A stretch of DNA of 64,000 bases from Ignavibacteriota bacterium (GCA_963702445.1 CAVPCZ010000023.1:35004-99003), one strand, 5' to 3'. Positions 49,280 through 59,797 are shown, numbered from the stretch's first letter. Notes: a model not told the origin generated them from the letters alone. Numbers and translations: made by a program.

Positions 49280-50385
49280 CTACGGGTATGACTCCTTGCG
49301 CACCGTCACCCGATCCAGCTGTTCCATGACCACGGTAACGCCGATCCCGGGCAGCTGCGGAACGGCCATGGTTCCGTCTGCTCCGACTTCAAAGAGCGGA
49401 TCGACAATGTCCTGCCGGTAGTACCGCTTGCTTGCGGAGATATCGCCCGGGAGTGTGAAGTTGGGGAGGGATGCGAGGGCGACGTTGCCCGCCCTGCCGA
49501 TTCCTGATTCCAGCATGCCTCCGTGCCACACCGGCACATTCCTGGAGGCGCAGAGGTCATGAATCGCCTTGGATTCTGTAAACCCCCCGACACGTCCCGG
49601 CTTGATGTTGATCACCCGGCAACTCTCCAGTTCCAGAGCCGCGCGTGAATCAGCCACCGAGTGAATGCTTTCGTCGAGACAGATCGGGGTCTTCAGGATG
49701 CGCTGCAGTTTCGAGTGGTCGAAGATGTCGTCGTACCCGAGCGGCTGTTCAATCAGCAGGAGGTTGTAGTCATCCATCGCCATGAACACCGGTGCGTGCT
49801 CCAATCCGTACGCGGAATTGGCGTCCACCTGAAACAGGATGCCGGGATACTCCTTGCGAACCGCTTCAATAAATGTCAGGTCTCTCCCGGGAGCGATCTT
49901 GATCTTTATGCGTTTGTACCCTTCCCGCAGATATCCCTCGACCGACCGAACCAGCTCCGCCGGTGACTTCTGGATGCCGATACTCACACCGACATCGATT
50001 CGTTTCCGTGTTCCGCCCAGCAGGGTCGCGAGCGGGAGCCCCGAGGCTTTGGCGAAGAGATCCCAGAGTGCCGCTTCCAGTCCGGCCTTTGCCATCATAT
50101 GTCCCCGGACGCGCGCGTTCAGGTTGATGGCTTCACCGATGGAGTTCAGGCGCTTTCCCAGAAGCTCGGGGATCAGGAAATCGCGGAGTATGTGCCATGC
50201 CGTCTGTACGGTTTCGTAGGAATAGAAGGGAGTCTCCTCTGCAACGCTTTCTCCCCATCCCGTGAGCCCCTCTCCGTCAACGCGCACAATGATATGCTCT
50301 TCAGCCGTTTCAATCCCCATGGAGGTCTCAAAAGGGGAGACGAGTTCCATGCGGATATGCCGGAGCTCGATCCGTTCAATGTTCA
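49280..50385 (-). CDS. enolase-superfamily enzyme, o-succinylbenzoate synthase / N-succinylamino-acid racemase (MenC/NAAAR) type
   Basis: From ATG 50385 (MNIERIELRHIRMELVSPFETSMG...): capping domain then barrel with KxK (IKIKIAP), metal ligands in ...FQVDANSAY..., ...LIEQPL..., ...CLDESI..., and ...NIKPGRVGG.... 368 aa. ORF-track start 50719 is an upstream extension. Confidence 0.8.
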
Positions 50386-50782
50386 TTTCCGGTCTCCATC
50401 CTGGGGTTCGATCTGATCGCGTTGCGCACGTGCCTGGGTCTCTGTATCCCAATATTGGCCAGCAATGCGAGAAAAGCAAGCAGCGTTTCAAAAAGCTCGC
50501 ATGTTTTTGCGTATTTGCGACCATTTCTGACTCCGCAAGATTTAACTTGACTTTGTTTCCCGCCATCCGTACTCTTGTCCACACCTCCGTGCTGCCATCC
50601 AGCCAAGCCAGTCCGATGTCAGGGCAGTCACGACGATCAAGCGTTCCACAGTACTCCGAATCAGCAGCAGCCTCATCCGGTCGGCGGCCGTTCCATCCCG
50701 CCGTAGCAACACAGACCATAACCGTCAGGGAAGATCGCCCGGGGAGCGCTTCCTCCCTTCATCATCATCTTGCGGAGGATGT

Positions 50783-50980
50783 ATGAGGAATAAGTTGCCG
50801 AAGAACCGAGACGAGCAGCGCGCCGTTATCGAGAAAGAGATCGCCGACATCAGCGGCGATATCGAACGCCTGCGGAATGTGGCTCTGCATTTGCAGCCCG
50901 AGCCCGCCCCGGAACCTCAAACGGCTCTTTCCGCCAAACGCCCCGACCCTGCAACGCGCCCTGCAACTGTCATGAGCTAG
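50783..50980 (+). CDS. possible small (65-aa) coiled-coil protein
   Basis: ATG preceded by GGAGGA at -11..-6 (cttgcGGAGGAtgtATGagg). Predicted helical N-terminus MRNKLPKNRDEQRAVIEKEIADISGDIERLRNVALHL. Sits alone in an 860-bp intergenic region. Could equally be non-coding. Confidence 0.25.
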   Translation: MRNKLPKNRDEQRAVIEKEIADISGDIERLRNVALHLQPEPAPEPQTALSAKRPDPATRPATVMS

Positions 50981-51251
50981 ATCTCTTCCCCTTCCGGCGG
51001 GGTCCGGACCACACTCCCACCCCGCCAAGGACTGTCCCCAGAAGAAGGGTACACCACCTCGTTTCAAGTCGGCTTTTCAGAGCTGCGGCGTGAGCCGGAG
51101 CGAGAAAGGCCAGGGCTGCACCACGCGCGGGCATCCGCTCTGCATCGGCATCCGCAGCGGGCCGTCTCCCGCTCATTCCCCAGGTTGCATTCCGGACGAA
51201 CGTTTGGTACATTCATTCTGTTGTACCTCATTTTCCAGAAAGGAAAAACGC

Positions 51252-52142
51252 ATGAAATCCCTCCGGATTCCCTTTTTTGTCCTGTTTATCCTCATCATTC
51301 TCACCGGTCTTGCCGGCGGTCAGGTAAAGAAAAGGATCGCTGTTTCAGCGTTCGATGATGGCGCCGGGTATCATGGAGGGGGGACAGGCGTCTCGGATAT
51401 GCTTGCGACGGCCCTCGTGAAATCCGGGAAATTCGTTGTGGTGGAGCGCAAGGAGATCGACAAAGTTCTGCAGGAACAGAAAATGGGTCTCAGCGGCGTG
51501 ATTACGGAACAAACCGCGCCGCAGGTAGGTCGTATGCTCGGCGTAGACCTGCTCGTTGTGGGGAGCGTGTCTGAACTCGGGACGAAAGAGCGCAGTATCG
51601 GCGGAAGTATCCCTCTGGTCGGCGCGGGTGTAACGACGAAGACCGCGCGCGCGGCTGTTGATATCCGGCTGGTCAACACGACCACGGGGGAGATTATTGC
51701 GGCTGAAACGGAAGAGGGAACAGAATCAAATCTCGGAGTCGATGTCCGGTATGAAAGCATCAATTTCAGCGATGTGAGCGCGTGGGATAACACCGATGTA
51801 GGAAAAGCCTGCCGTCAGGCGGTAGACGGCTGCGTGGAACTGATCGCCGAGAACATGGACAAGATTCCCTGGTCGGGCAGGATCATCAAGGTCAGCGCTG
51901 ACGGGTCCATCATCATGAAGCCCGGTTCCGAAGGGAACGTGCAAAGCGGGATGATCTTTGATGTGATCCGTCTCGGCGAGGAACTGAAGGATCCCGATAC
52001 GGGATTGGCGCTCGGGTTCGAGGAGAGCAAAGTCGGCCAAATCAAGGCGCAGGGGGACATGCTGGCCGGAAAGGCCGCAAAGGCTTCTGTCGTCTCCGGA
52101 ACGGGATTCAAAGCCGGCGATATCATCAGGCTGCCAGAGTAG
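51252..52142 (+). CDS. CsgG-family (curli secretion channel-like) periplasmic/outer-membrane lipoprotein homolog, orphan
   Basis: Signal peptide MKSLRIPFFVLFILIILTGLAGG. CsgG-like core KKRIAVSAFDDGAG...GVSDMLATALVKSGKFVVVERKEIDKVLQEQKMGLSGVI...VGRMLGVDLLVVGSVSELG. No curli subunit or csgE/F genes nearby. ORF-track 51090 start is an extension. Confidence 0.6.
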   Translation: MKSLRIPFFVLFILIILTGLAGGQVKKRIAVSAFDDGAGYHGGGTGVSDMLATALVKSGKFVVVERKEIDKVLQEQKMGLSGVITEQTAPQVGRMLGVDLLVVGSVSELGTKERSIGGSIPLVGAGVTTKTARAAVDIRLVNTTTGEIIAAETEEGTESNLGVDVRYESINFSDVSAWDNTDVGKACRQAVDGCVELIAENMDKIPWSGRIIKVSADGSIIMKPGSEGNVQSGMIFDVIRLGEELKDPDTGLALGFEESKVGQIKAQGDMLAGKAAKASVVSGTGFKAGDIIRLPE

Positions 52143-52232
52143 TGTGGGTCCGGCGGCGGCCCCGCTGAGGCTTCCCTCTCGCTCCATTTCCGCCGTGGTC
52201 CCGCCCCTCCGGTGCGCGGACTGTTGCGGGAG

Positions 52233-52844
52233 CTACAGCATCGATAGGTCGCCGGCCCCTTTGCGCACGACAACGGGTGTGTCTCCGGTCAGGTCCAGCA
52301 CCGTTGAAGGTTCGGAAACGAGGACGCCGCCGTCCAGGATCAGATCGACGCTGTTGTTGAAGAGCACGGCAATCCGTTCCGGATCGTTCACGAGCTGCCC
52401 GTTCTCCGCGGTCACACTTGTGCTGAGAATGGGGTGTCCGAGTGACCGGATGATGGCGAGGGTGACGGGACTGTCGGGAACGCGGACCCCGACAGTTTTG
52501 CGTTTGGAAACGAGGATCTTGGGCAGATGCTTCATCCTGGCCGCGGGCAGGATAAACGTATACGCGCCCGGTATCAGGTGCTTCATGATTTTGAACGCCG
52601 CATTGCTGACATGAGCGTATTCGCTGATGTGGGTCAGATCCGAACAGACAAAACTGAACGGCTTGTCCGCCCGCTGCCGTTTGATCAGGTGTATTCGTTC
52701 AATGGCGTTCTTGTCCGCGACGCTGCATCCGATACCGTAGACCGTATCCGTCGGATAAATAATGATTCCGCCGGAGGCCAGGATTTCGGCGGCCTTTTTC
52801 ACGACCCGCGGTTCGGGTGTCTGGGGATGGATCGACTGGATCAT
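52233..52844 (-). CDS. tsaC: L-threonylcarbamoyladenylate synthase, TsaC/YrdC/Sua5 family
   Basis: 203 aa; YrdC-domain motifs IIIYPTDTVYGIGC, KPFSFVCSD, GAYTFILPA, STVLDLTGDTPVVVRKGAG. Confidence 0.85.
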   Translation of the reverse strand: MIQSIHPQTPEPRVVKKAAEILASGGIIIYPTDTVYGIGCSVADKNAIERIHLIKRQRADKPFSFVCSDLTHISEYAHVSNAAFKIMKHLIPGAYTFILPAARMKHLPKILVSKRKTVGVRVPDSPVTLAIIRSLGHPILSTSVTAENGQLVNDPERIAVLFNNSVDLILDGGVLVSEPSTVLDLTGDTPVVVRKGAGDLSML

Positions 52845-52893
52845 CTGTTTCCCGCATCAATGAGTTCGCACAACGTATGAAGAAACGCTGAAA

Positions 52894-54210
52894 ATGGCAA
52901 ACGCTCCGCGCTGGCTGGTGGCACTTGTGGGTCGTCCGAACGTGGGCAAATCCACGCTCTTTAACCGGATCCTCGGTCACCGGCAGGCAATCGTTGACGA
53001 CATGCCGGGGGTGACACGCGACCGTTTGTATGCGGATGCAGACTGGGCGGGAAAGTCCTTCACGGTCGTTGACACCGGCGGGCTGGTTCCGGAATCCGAA
53101 GACACGATGGAGACCGCCATTCGCGAACAGGCGCAAATCGCCATCGAACAGGCGAACCTTATCCTGTATGTCGTCGATGCCGCCGACGGCCTGCTTCCCG
53201 GAGACCGGGAGATCGCCGACATCCTGCGGCGTGCCGAAAAGCGTGTCCTGCTGATCGTGAACAAGAGTGATGGAGAGGCAAAAGAATCGGCGCTGGGCGA
53301 GTTCTACTCCCTTGGTCTGGGTGAACCGATGCCGGTCTCGGCACTCGGCGGCCGCCGGATCGGCGATCTGCTCGACGCCATCACCCACGATATCCCCGAG
53401 ACCGAGACGGAGGATACGGACACCCGCCTGAAAGTGGCGATCATCGGCAAACCCAATGTCGGCAAATCGTCTCTGGTGAACGCCCTGCTGCAGGAAGAGC
53501 GCCATATCGTGACCGAGATACCCGGAACGACGCGCGATCCCATTGATGCGGTGCTGAAGCATTACGGCGAGGAGATTGTCCTCATTGACACAGCCGGACT
53601 CAGGAAAAGAAGCAGGATCAAGGAATCGGTGGAGCTCTACAGCGCTGTCCGCACCGTGAAGAGCATCGAGCGGTGTGACGTGGCCGTTGTTCTCCTGGAC
53701 GCACGGGAAGGCCTGGAGCACCAGGATCTGCGGATCATTGAAACCGCGGTGACAAAACGGCGGCCGGTGATCCTTGCGGTCAACAAATGGGATATCGTCG
53801 AGAAAGACGAGAACACCTCGCGGGCATTCGAGCGGGCGCTGCGCGAGAAGCTTCGCGTGTACGATTACATTCCGATCATCTTCATCTCCGCCCTGAAGAA
53901 GCAGAGGGTGTTCAAGCTTATCGACGTCATCAAGCGCGTGGATGCCGAACAGAAGAAGAGGATCGTCACCAGTCAGCTGAACCAGGCGCTCGGCCCGGAT
54001 CTGGAGACGCATCCGCCCCGCAGCAAATCGGGGAAGGAAATCAAGATCAAGTTCGTGACGCAGGTGAAGTCTTCGCCTCCGGTGTTTGCCTTTTTCTGCA
54101 ACGAGCCCAAACTGGTGGAAGACAACTACATCCGCTATCTGGAAAACCGGATCCGCGAACATTTCGGTTTTGAGGGCGTTCCCATTCTTGTGGTGATGAA
54201 ACAAAAATGA
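52894..54210 (+). CDS. der: ribosome-biogenesis GTPase Der (EngA), tandem GTPase + KH-like domain
   Basis: Two G domains: GRPNVGKSTLFN...DTGG and GKPNVGKSSLVN...DTAG...NKWD, followed by C-terminal KH-like domain. 438 aa intact. Confidence 0.95.
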   Translation: MANAPRWLVALVGRPNVGKSTLFNRILGHRQAIVDDMPGVTRDRLYADADWAGKSFTVVDTGGLVPESEDTMETAIREQAQIAIEQANLILYVVDAADGLLPGDREIADILRRAEKRVLLIVNKSDGEAKESALGEFYSLGLGEPMPVSALGGRRIGDLLDAITHDIPETETEDTDTRLKVAIIGKPNVGKSSLVNALLQEERHIVTEIPGTTRDPIDAVLKHYGEEIVLIDTAGLRKRSRIKESVELYSAVRTVKSIERCDVAVVLLDAREGLEHQDLRIIETAVTKRRPVILAVNKWDIVEKDENTSRAFERALREKLRVYDYIPIIFISALKKQRVFKLIDVIKRVDAEQKKRIVTSQLNQALGPDLETHPPRSKSGKEIKIKFVTQVKSSPPVFAFFCNEPKLVEDNYIRYLENRIREHFGFEGVPILVVMKQK

Positions 54211-55568
54211 CCGGAGTGCACAGGACAATACTTGTTGTGGGCGGTCTCGCTGCGGGTCCGAGCGCGGCAAGCAAGGCCGCACGCACCGATCCGGGAGCGC
54301 GGGTCGTGCTCTTCGAGCAGACCGACGCCATCTCCTACGGCATCTGCGAGATCCCGTACTACCTCAGCGGCGAACTCCGTGAAGAAGACCTCGTGGTGCA
54401 CACCGCGGAAAGCCTGCGACGCGAGAAAGGCGTGGATGTGCGGCTGCTGAACCGGGTGGAAGAGATTCTCCCTTCACGGCGGCGCATACGTGTGCGCGAT
54501 CTGGCCGCGGGGCGTGTGTACGAAGAGCCGTACGACCGCCTCATTCTTGCCACCGGGGCCCGCCCGAAGCTCCTCGGGCTTGATGGTGAGAACGCACGCA
54601 ACGTTTTTCCTGTCCGCTCGCTGGACGGTGCGAAGGCGCTGCACCGGTTCCTTGCGGCGGAACGTCCCGGGCGCGCGGTCATCATCGGCGCGGGATATGT
54701 GGGGGTGGAGATGGCCGAGGCGCTCCGGACGCGGGGTCTGGACGTCACGTTGCTGCACAACACCGGACTGCCCCTCTGCGGCATGGAGACCCCCGCGCGC
54801 GAGTGGATACGCGATGAACTCACCGCGCACCAGGTGAACTGGGTTCCCTCTGCCACCGTGGTGGGTCTGAAGGTGGGAGACCGGCAGGCCGTGACGCACG
54901 TGCTTACACCGGACCGGACGCTTCCGGCGGAACTGGTGATCGTGGCGATCGGTGTGGAACCGAACGCCGGGCTCGCAGCGGCAGCGGGAATCCGTACCGG
55001 TGTACACGGAGGAATCCTGACGGACCGCCGGCAGGCGACATCGGCGGAGAATGTCTTTGCCGCCGGAGACTGTTGCGAAGTGCGGAATCTTGTGACGAAC
55101 CGGTGGATGTACGCTCCGCTGGCAACCGTGGCCAGCCGTGCGGCCTGGGTGGCGGGGGAGAATGCCGCGGGAGGCAGGGCCTTTTTCCCCGGCGCACTCC
55201 GTGCCGCCCTCGTGAAGGTGTTCAGCCAGGAGGCGGTGCGGGTCGGTTTGAGCACAAAAGAAGCGGCGGAGGCGGGCATGTCCCCGGTTGCCGAAACCGT
55301 CTTTGCCCGATCCCGCGCAGGAAAAATGCCCGGAGGACAGCGTCTGCTGGTGACCCTGATCGCCGACCGGCGTTCGGGAAAACTCATCGGCGGGAACATT
55401 GCGGGACAGGATGGTGCCGGACTGCGTGGTCATGCCCTGACGCTGGCGATCCAGCAGGGGATGACCGTTGAATCGTTCCGGAGCGCGGATTTTGCCTACG
55501 CTCCTCCGTTTTCGCCTCTCTGGGACCCCCTGCTTGTCGCGGCAAACGCTCTTGCCCGATCTCTCTGA
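54207..55568 (+). CDS. FAD-dependent pyridine nucleotide-disulfide oxidoreductase, CoA-disulfide reductase / NADH oxidase family
   Basis: FAD motif ILVVGGLAAG. Redox-active single Cys in SYGICEIPYY (cf. family consensus S-x-x-C-G-L-P-Y). NAD(P) site AVIIGAGYVGVEMAE. C-terminal dimerisation domain. ATGA overlap with der. Confidence 0.8.
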   Translation: MTGVHRTILVVGGLAAGPSAASKAARTDPGARVVLFEQTDAISYGICEIPYYLSGELREEDLVVHTAESLRREKGVDVRLLNRVEEILPSRRRIRVRDLAAGRVYEEPYDRLILATGARPKLLGLDGENARNVFPVRSLDGAKALHRFLAAERPGRAVIIGAGYVGVEMAEALRTRGLDVTLLHNTGLPLCGMETPAREWIRDELTAHQVNWVPSATVVGLKVGDRQAVTHVLTPDRTLPAELVIVAIGVEPNAGLAAAAGIRTGVHGGILTDRRQATSAENVFAAGDCCEVRNLVTNRWMYAPLATVASRAAWVAGENAAGGRAFFPGALRAALVKVFSQEAVRVGLSTKEAAEAGMSPVAETVFARSRAGKMPGGQRLLVTLIADRRSGKLIGGNIAGQDGAGLRGHALTLAIQQGMTVESFRSADFAYAPPFSPLWDPLLVAANALARSL

Positions 55569-55583
55569 AACGACGGATACGGT

Positions 55584-56210
55584 ATGAAAGCGCTGACCAT
55601 TATCGACCACCCCCTGATCAAGCGCGATCTCACGATCCTGCGCAACGTCGAGACAAACAACCACCTGTTCCGTACGACCCTGCGGCGGATCTCTTCGATC
55701 ATGGCGTTTACGGTGACGCACGATCTCCGGGTGAAGAAGACCACCGTGCGCACCCCGCTCGAGCGCACGGCGGGATTCGTCCTTGCAGACGATGTCGTGA
55801 TCGTCCCGGTGCTGCGGGCGGGCCTCGGCCTGATCGACGGGTTTCTGGATGTTCTGCCGGAGGCGCGCGTCGGGCACGTCGGGTTGTACCGCAACGAGAA
55901 AACGCTTGAGCCGGTGGACTATTACTCGAAATTTCCCCAGGGGCTGAGCAGGAGCCTGGTGCTGCTGCTGGATCCCATGCTGGCCACCGGCGGGAGTGCC
56001 GCTGCGGCGATCACGTTTCTCAAGCGGCGCGGCGCCCGCAGAATACGCTTTGTCGCACTCGTGGCATCGCCCGAGGGGGTCCGGCGTGTCGGTAGTGCGC
56101 ATCCGACCGTGCCGATTTTCTCGGCCGTGCTTGACCGCCGGCTGAATGCTTCCGGATACATCCTGCCCGGGCTTGGCGACGCGGGGGACCGTCTCTTCGG
56201 AACAGAATGA
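55584..56210 (+). CDS. upp: uracil phosphoribosyltransferase
   Basis: 208 aa; PRPP-binding LLLDPMLATGGSA, uracil-binding YILPGLGDAGDRLFGT C-terminus. Confidence 0.9.
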   Translation: MKALTIIDHPLIKRDLTILRNVETNNHLFRTTLRRISSIMAFTVTHDLRVKKTTVRTPLERTAGFVLADDVVIVPVLRAGLGLIDGFLDVLPEARVGHVGLYRNEKTLEPVDYYSKFPQGLSRSLVLLLDPMLATGGSAAAAITFLKRRGARRIRFVALVASPEGVRRVGSAHPTVPIFSAVLDRRLNASGYILPGLGDAGDRLFGTE

Positions 56211-56211
56211 C

Positions 56212-58398
56212 ATGACCAACCCGAAGTACAAGAAGAAACTCGAAGACCTTCTGCAGCTCTGTCAGCGGAACCTTCCCCGGGTGGACGAAAGCCTGATCCG
56301 GCGCGCCTTCGAATTCGGCTTCAACGCCCACCGTCATGACATGCGTGCTTCCGGGGAACCGTTCTTCGACCATCCCTATGCCGTGGCCCGCATTGTCGCG
56401 AAAGAAATCCCGCTTGACGATATCTCGGTCGCGGTGGCGCTGCTTCATGATGTGGCCGAGGACACCGAATACCAGATCCACGACATCCGCGAAGAGTTTG
56501 GAGATACCGTTGCGGATCTCGTGGACGGCGCCACCAAGATCTCCGATATTTTCAAGAGCCATGATGTCACCCAGGCCGAGAGCTACCGGAAGATGCTGCT
56601 CTCCATGGTGAACGACATCCGGGTCATGCTCGTGAAGTTCGCGGACCGGCTCCACAACATGCGCACACTCGAGTATCTGCCGGTGGAAAAACAGCGCCGG
56701 TTGTCGAAGGAAACCCTCGACATTTATGCGCCCTTCGCCCACCGTTTCGGACTCGCCAACATCAAGTGGGAGCTCGAGGACCTTTCGTTCAAGCATCTTC
56801 ATCGCGAAGCCTACGACCAGATCGCGAGGGAAATCAAAGCCCGGCGGCGCGACCGGGAACACTACATCCGCAAATTCTCCCAGCCGATCGAAAAGCGGCT
56901 GCGGGAAGCGGGTTTCAAATTTGAAATCAGCGGACGGCCCAAGCATCTGTACAGCATTTACAACAAGATGATCAAACGGAGCAAGCCGCTCGAAGAGGTG
57001 TATGACCTGTTCGCCGTGCGGGTGATTCTGGACACGGAGGATCCCAACGATTGTTTTGCGGTGTACGGCACCGTCTCCGACATCTATATCCCCAATCCCG
57101 AACGGTTCAAGAACTACATCTCGGTCCCCAAGAAGAACGGGTACCAGTCCATCCATACCACGGTGGTCGGACCCGAAGGAAAGATGGTGGAGGTGCAGAT
57201 CCGCACGCGTGCGATGCACGAGGTGGCCGAGAAGGGTGTTGCCGCGCACTGGATGTACAAGGACAATGCCCCGAGTGTCGACCCCGATCTGGCGAACTGG
57301 GTAAGCTGGGTGAGGGAGATTTTTGAAAGCTCGCAGGACGGCCAGGTGCCCACCGCACAGCTGCTGGAGAGCTTCAAGCTGAACCTGTACCAGGATGAGA
57401 TCTACGTGTTCACGCCCAAGGGCGATTTGAAGATTCTCCCCACGGGTTCGACGCCCATTGATTTCGGGTACGAGATTCATTCGAAGGTGGGGGATCACTG
57501 CATCGCGGCCAAACTGAACGGCCGCATTGTGCCGCTGGACACGAAACTGAAGAGCGGCGACCAGGTGGAGATTCTCACGTCAAAGAATCAAACGCCGAAT
57601 GCGGACTGGGAGAAGTTCGTCGTCACGCACAAGGCAAAGGCGCACATCCGGCGGTGGATCAAGGAGGAAGAGCGGAAGGCCCTCGATGAGGGACGCGAAA
57701 CCTGGGAGAAACGGCTCAGGAAAGCGAAGGTGACGATCAACGAGGACGATCTCGTCCGCTTCCTGCGCGAGAAACGGATGGAAAACCTCTCGACGTTCTT
57801 CCTCGGTGTGAAGGAGGGAAAGATCGATCCGGATGAGTTGATTGCGTTGTATCAGGAAGAGCTGAAGCACCCGACTCCCTCCGGGGGGGAAGAGCCGCGC
57901 ATCGACGGATTGTTCAACCGGTTCATCACGTCCGCCCGTGGCGCATCGGGGGGCATTATCCTGGACGGGACGCATGACAATTTCATGCACAACTATGCGA
58001 AATGCTGCCAGCCCATCCCGGGCGACGAAGTGGTCGGGTTCGTGACCACGGGGGAGGGGATCAAGATTCACAGGAGCTCGTGCAGGAATATCCGGCTGAT
58101 GATGCAGATGGAGAAGAACAGGATCGTCGAAGTACGATGGCCGTCGGACAACGGCGTGCTTTTCGTTTCGGGTGTCAAGATATCCGGGGAAGACCGCGCC
58201 GGCATGCTGAACGATATCACGCATGCGATTTCATCCTACAATAACACGAATATCCGGAGCGTGAGCATCGATGCGGCCGACGGCCGGTTTGACGGAACGT
58301 TTATACTGAACGTGGAAAACACGGAACATCTCGCCCGCATTGTGGACAGGATCCGCCGGGTGCCGGGCGTTCGTCGTGCGGATCGCTTCGAGGAATAA
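56212..58398 (+). CDS. bifunctional (p)ppGpp synthetase/hydrolase RelA/SpoT (Rel)
   Basis: HD hydrolase domain (HDVAEDT), synthetase domain (…YKSIHTTV…RAMHEVAEKGVAAHW…), TGS domain (…IYVFTPKGD…), ACT domain at C-terminus. ATG 56212 follows the upp stop by 1 nt. Confidence 0.95.
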   Translation: MTNPKYKKKLEDLLQLCQRNLPRVDESLIRRAFEFGFNAHRHDMRASGEPFFDHPYAVARIVAKEIPLDDISVAVALLHDVAEDTEYQIHDIREEFGDTVADLVDGATKISDIFKSHDVTQAESYRKMLLSMVNDIRVMLVKFADRLHNMRTLEYLPVEKQRRLSKETLDIYAPFAHRFGLANIKWELEDLSFKHLHREAYDQIAREIKARRRDREHYIRKFSQPIEKRLREAGFKFEISGRPKHLYSIYNKMIKRSKPLEEVYDLFAVRVILDTEDPNDCFAVYGTVSDIYIPNPERFKNYISVPKKNGYQSIHTTVVGPEGKMVEVQIRTRAMHEVAEKGVAAHWMYKDNAPSVDPDLANWVSWVREIFESSQDGQVPTAQLLESFKLNLYQDEIYVFTPKGDLKILPTGSTPIDFGYEIHSKVGDHCIAAKLNGRIVPLDTKLKSGDQVEILTSKNQTPNADWEKFVVTHKAKAHIRRWIKEEERKALDEGRETWEKRLRKAKVTINEDDLVRFLREKRMENLSTFFLGVKEGKIDPDELIALYQEELKHPTPSGGEEPRIDGLFNRFITSARGASGGIILDGTHDNFMHNYAKCCQPIPGDEVVGFVTTGEGIKIHRSSCRNIRLMMQMEKNRIVEVRWPSDNGVLFVSGVKISGEDRAGMLNDITHAISSYNNTNIRSVSIDAADGRFDGTFILNVENTEHLARIVDRIRRVPGVRRADRFEE

Positions 58399-58406
58399 CC
58401 CCTGCC

Positions 58407-58847
58407 ATGTCCCTTCACGGTCGCGTTCTCGGAATAGACTACGGCACGAAGCGCGTCGGGGTGGCGATGAGCGACCCCCTGCGCGTGCTCGCCGGAGGCG
58501 TCGGCACGCTCGATAACGACGACAGCCTGATGGACAGGCTTGCCGGTCTCGTCGAGGAGCATCAGGTCACTCTCGTTGTCGTCGGCATGCCCTATGCGCC
58601 CGACGGAGGCAGGGGTGCAAAAGGCCGGGAGGTGGAACTGTTCATCCGCCGGCTGGAAAGCGCGATTCCCGCAACCATCACGACGTGGGATGAGAGCTTC
58701 ACTTCTGTGGAGGCCCAGCGCACGTTCCGTCAGGGGGGTATGAAGCGGAAGCAGCGGCAGGAGAAGGCGCGGGTGGACGAGATGGCCGCCCGGCTGATGC
58801 TGCAGGAGTACCTCGATGCACAACCGGAGGATGCATCAGGGACGTGA
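58407..58847 (+). CDS. ruvX: Holliday-junction resolvase-like RuvX/YqgF
   Basis: RVLGIDYGTKRVGVAMSD..., VVGMPYAPDGG..., DESFTSVEAQ. 146 aa. Confidence 0.9.
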   Translation: MSLHGRVLGIDYGTKRVGVAMSDPLRVLAGGVGTLDNDDSLMDRLAGLVEEHQVTLVVVGMPYAPDGGRGAKGREVELFIRRLESAIPATITTWDESFTSVEAQRTFRQGGMKRKQRQEKARVDEMAARLMLQEYLDAQPEDASGT

Positions 58848-59797
58848 GCGATCCTGTGACGGAAACACCCTCCGCCGGGTCTCCGGGGACCATGCCGCCC
58901 GGGATCAGGCTGCGGCGTGCGGGTTCCTGGATCCGTGCGCACAAGCTCAAGGCCGTCCTCCTGTTCCTGGCAGGTCTCGTGCTCATCGAGCTGTTTACCG
59001 TTCCCTGGTTCAGCATCGGTTCGCTGAGAACAGAAAACCCGGGAACCACCGCGCTCATGCGTCAGCGCCTCGGGGAAGCGGAGAACAGCGGAAAACCGCT
59101 GAAGATCGTCCAGCAGTGGATTCCCCTCGAGCGCATTCCCCGCTCTGTGGTCGATGCCGTGGTGGTGGCCGAGGACGGGACGTTTTTCGAGCACGGCGGC
59201 ATTGACTGGTTCGAAGTCCAGGAGTCGATCGAAAAGAATATCGAAGAAGGACGGGCCGCGCGAGGTGCGAGCACGATCACCCAGCAACTCGCAAAGAACC
59301 TCTACCTGTCGACGTCGAAGGACCCGGTGCGCAAGCTGAAGGAGGTGATCATCACCCTCCTTCTGGAGCGCACCCTGAGCAAGCGCCGGATTCTCGAAAT
59401 CTATCTGAACATCATCGAGTGGGGGCGGGGGATTTTCGGGATTGAGGCGGCAGCCCGCACGTTTTTCGGAAAGAGTGCGGCTGCGTTGACGCTCGAAGAA
59501 GGGGCCCGCCTGGCCGCGGTCATCCCGAGCCCTCTGCGTCACCGGCCGGACGCCGACACACGGTATGTCGTCCGGCGCAAAGGAATTGTTCTCGCACGCA
59601 TGGCCGCGCGTTCACGCATACCCGCGAAACCGGCAGAGGAGGATCAGCCGCAACAGGCTCCGCAGACCGACACGCTGTCACAACAGCGGCCGGCGGTTAT
59701 TCCCGAGGACACGGCCGCCATGAAGGCGATACAGCCGCCGGCCGTCGTTCCTGAAGACACCACCGCCACAGACCAGGGAAACGGAGATGGACTATAA
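58844..59797 (+). CDS. mtgA: monofunctional peptidoglycan glycosyltransferase (GT51, MtgA-like)
   Basis: N-terminal TM anchor, GT51 motifs (VVVAEDGTFFEHGGID, RGASTITQQLAKNLYLS, RKLKEVIITLLLERTLSKRRILEIYLNIIEWG, AAVIPSP). Pro/Ala/Gln-rich C-terminal tail. Confidence 0.8.
   Translation: MSDPVTETPSAGSPGTMPPGIRLRRAGSWIRAHKLKAVLLFLAGLVLIELFTVPWFSIGSLRTENPGTTALMRQRLGEAENSGKPLKIVQQWIPLERIPRSVVDAVVVAEDGTFFEHGGIDWFEVQESIEKNIEEGRAARGASTITQQLAKNLYLSTSKDPVRKLKEVIITLLLERTLSKRRILEIYLNIIEWGRGIFGIEAAARTFFGKSAAALTLEEGARLAAVIPSPLRHRPDADTRYVVRRKGIVLARMAARSRIPAKPAEEDQPQQAPQTDTLSQQRPAVIPEDTAAMKAIQPPAVVPEDTTATDQGNGDGL

Noticed and set aside
54474-57498. 585-aa and 492-aa minus-strand ORFs opposite the CoA-disulfide reductase, upp and relA genes
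   Set aside because: Shadow ORFs in high-GC coding DNA; the + strand genes are textbook housekeeping proteins.
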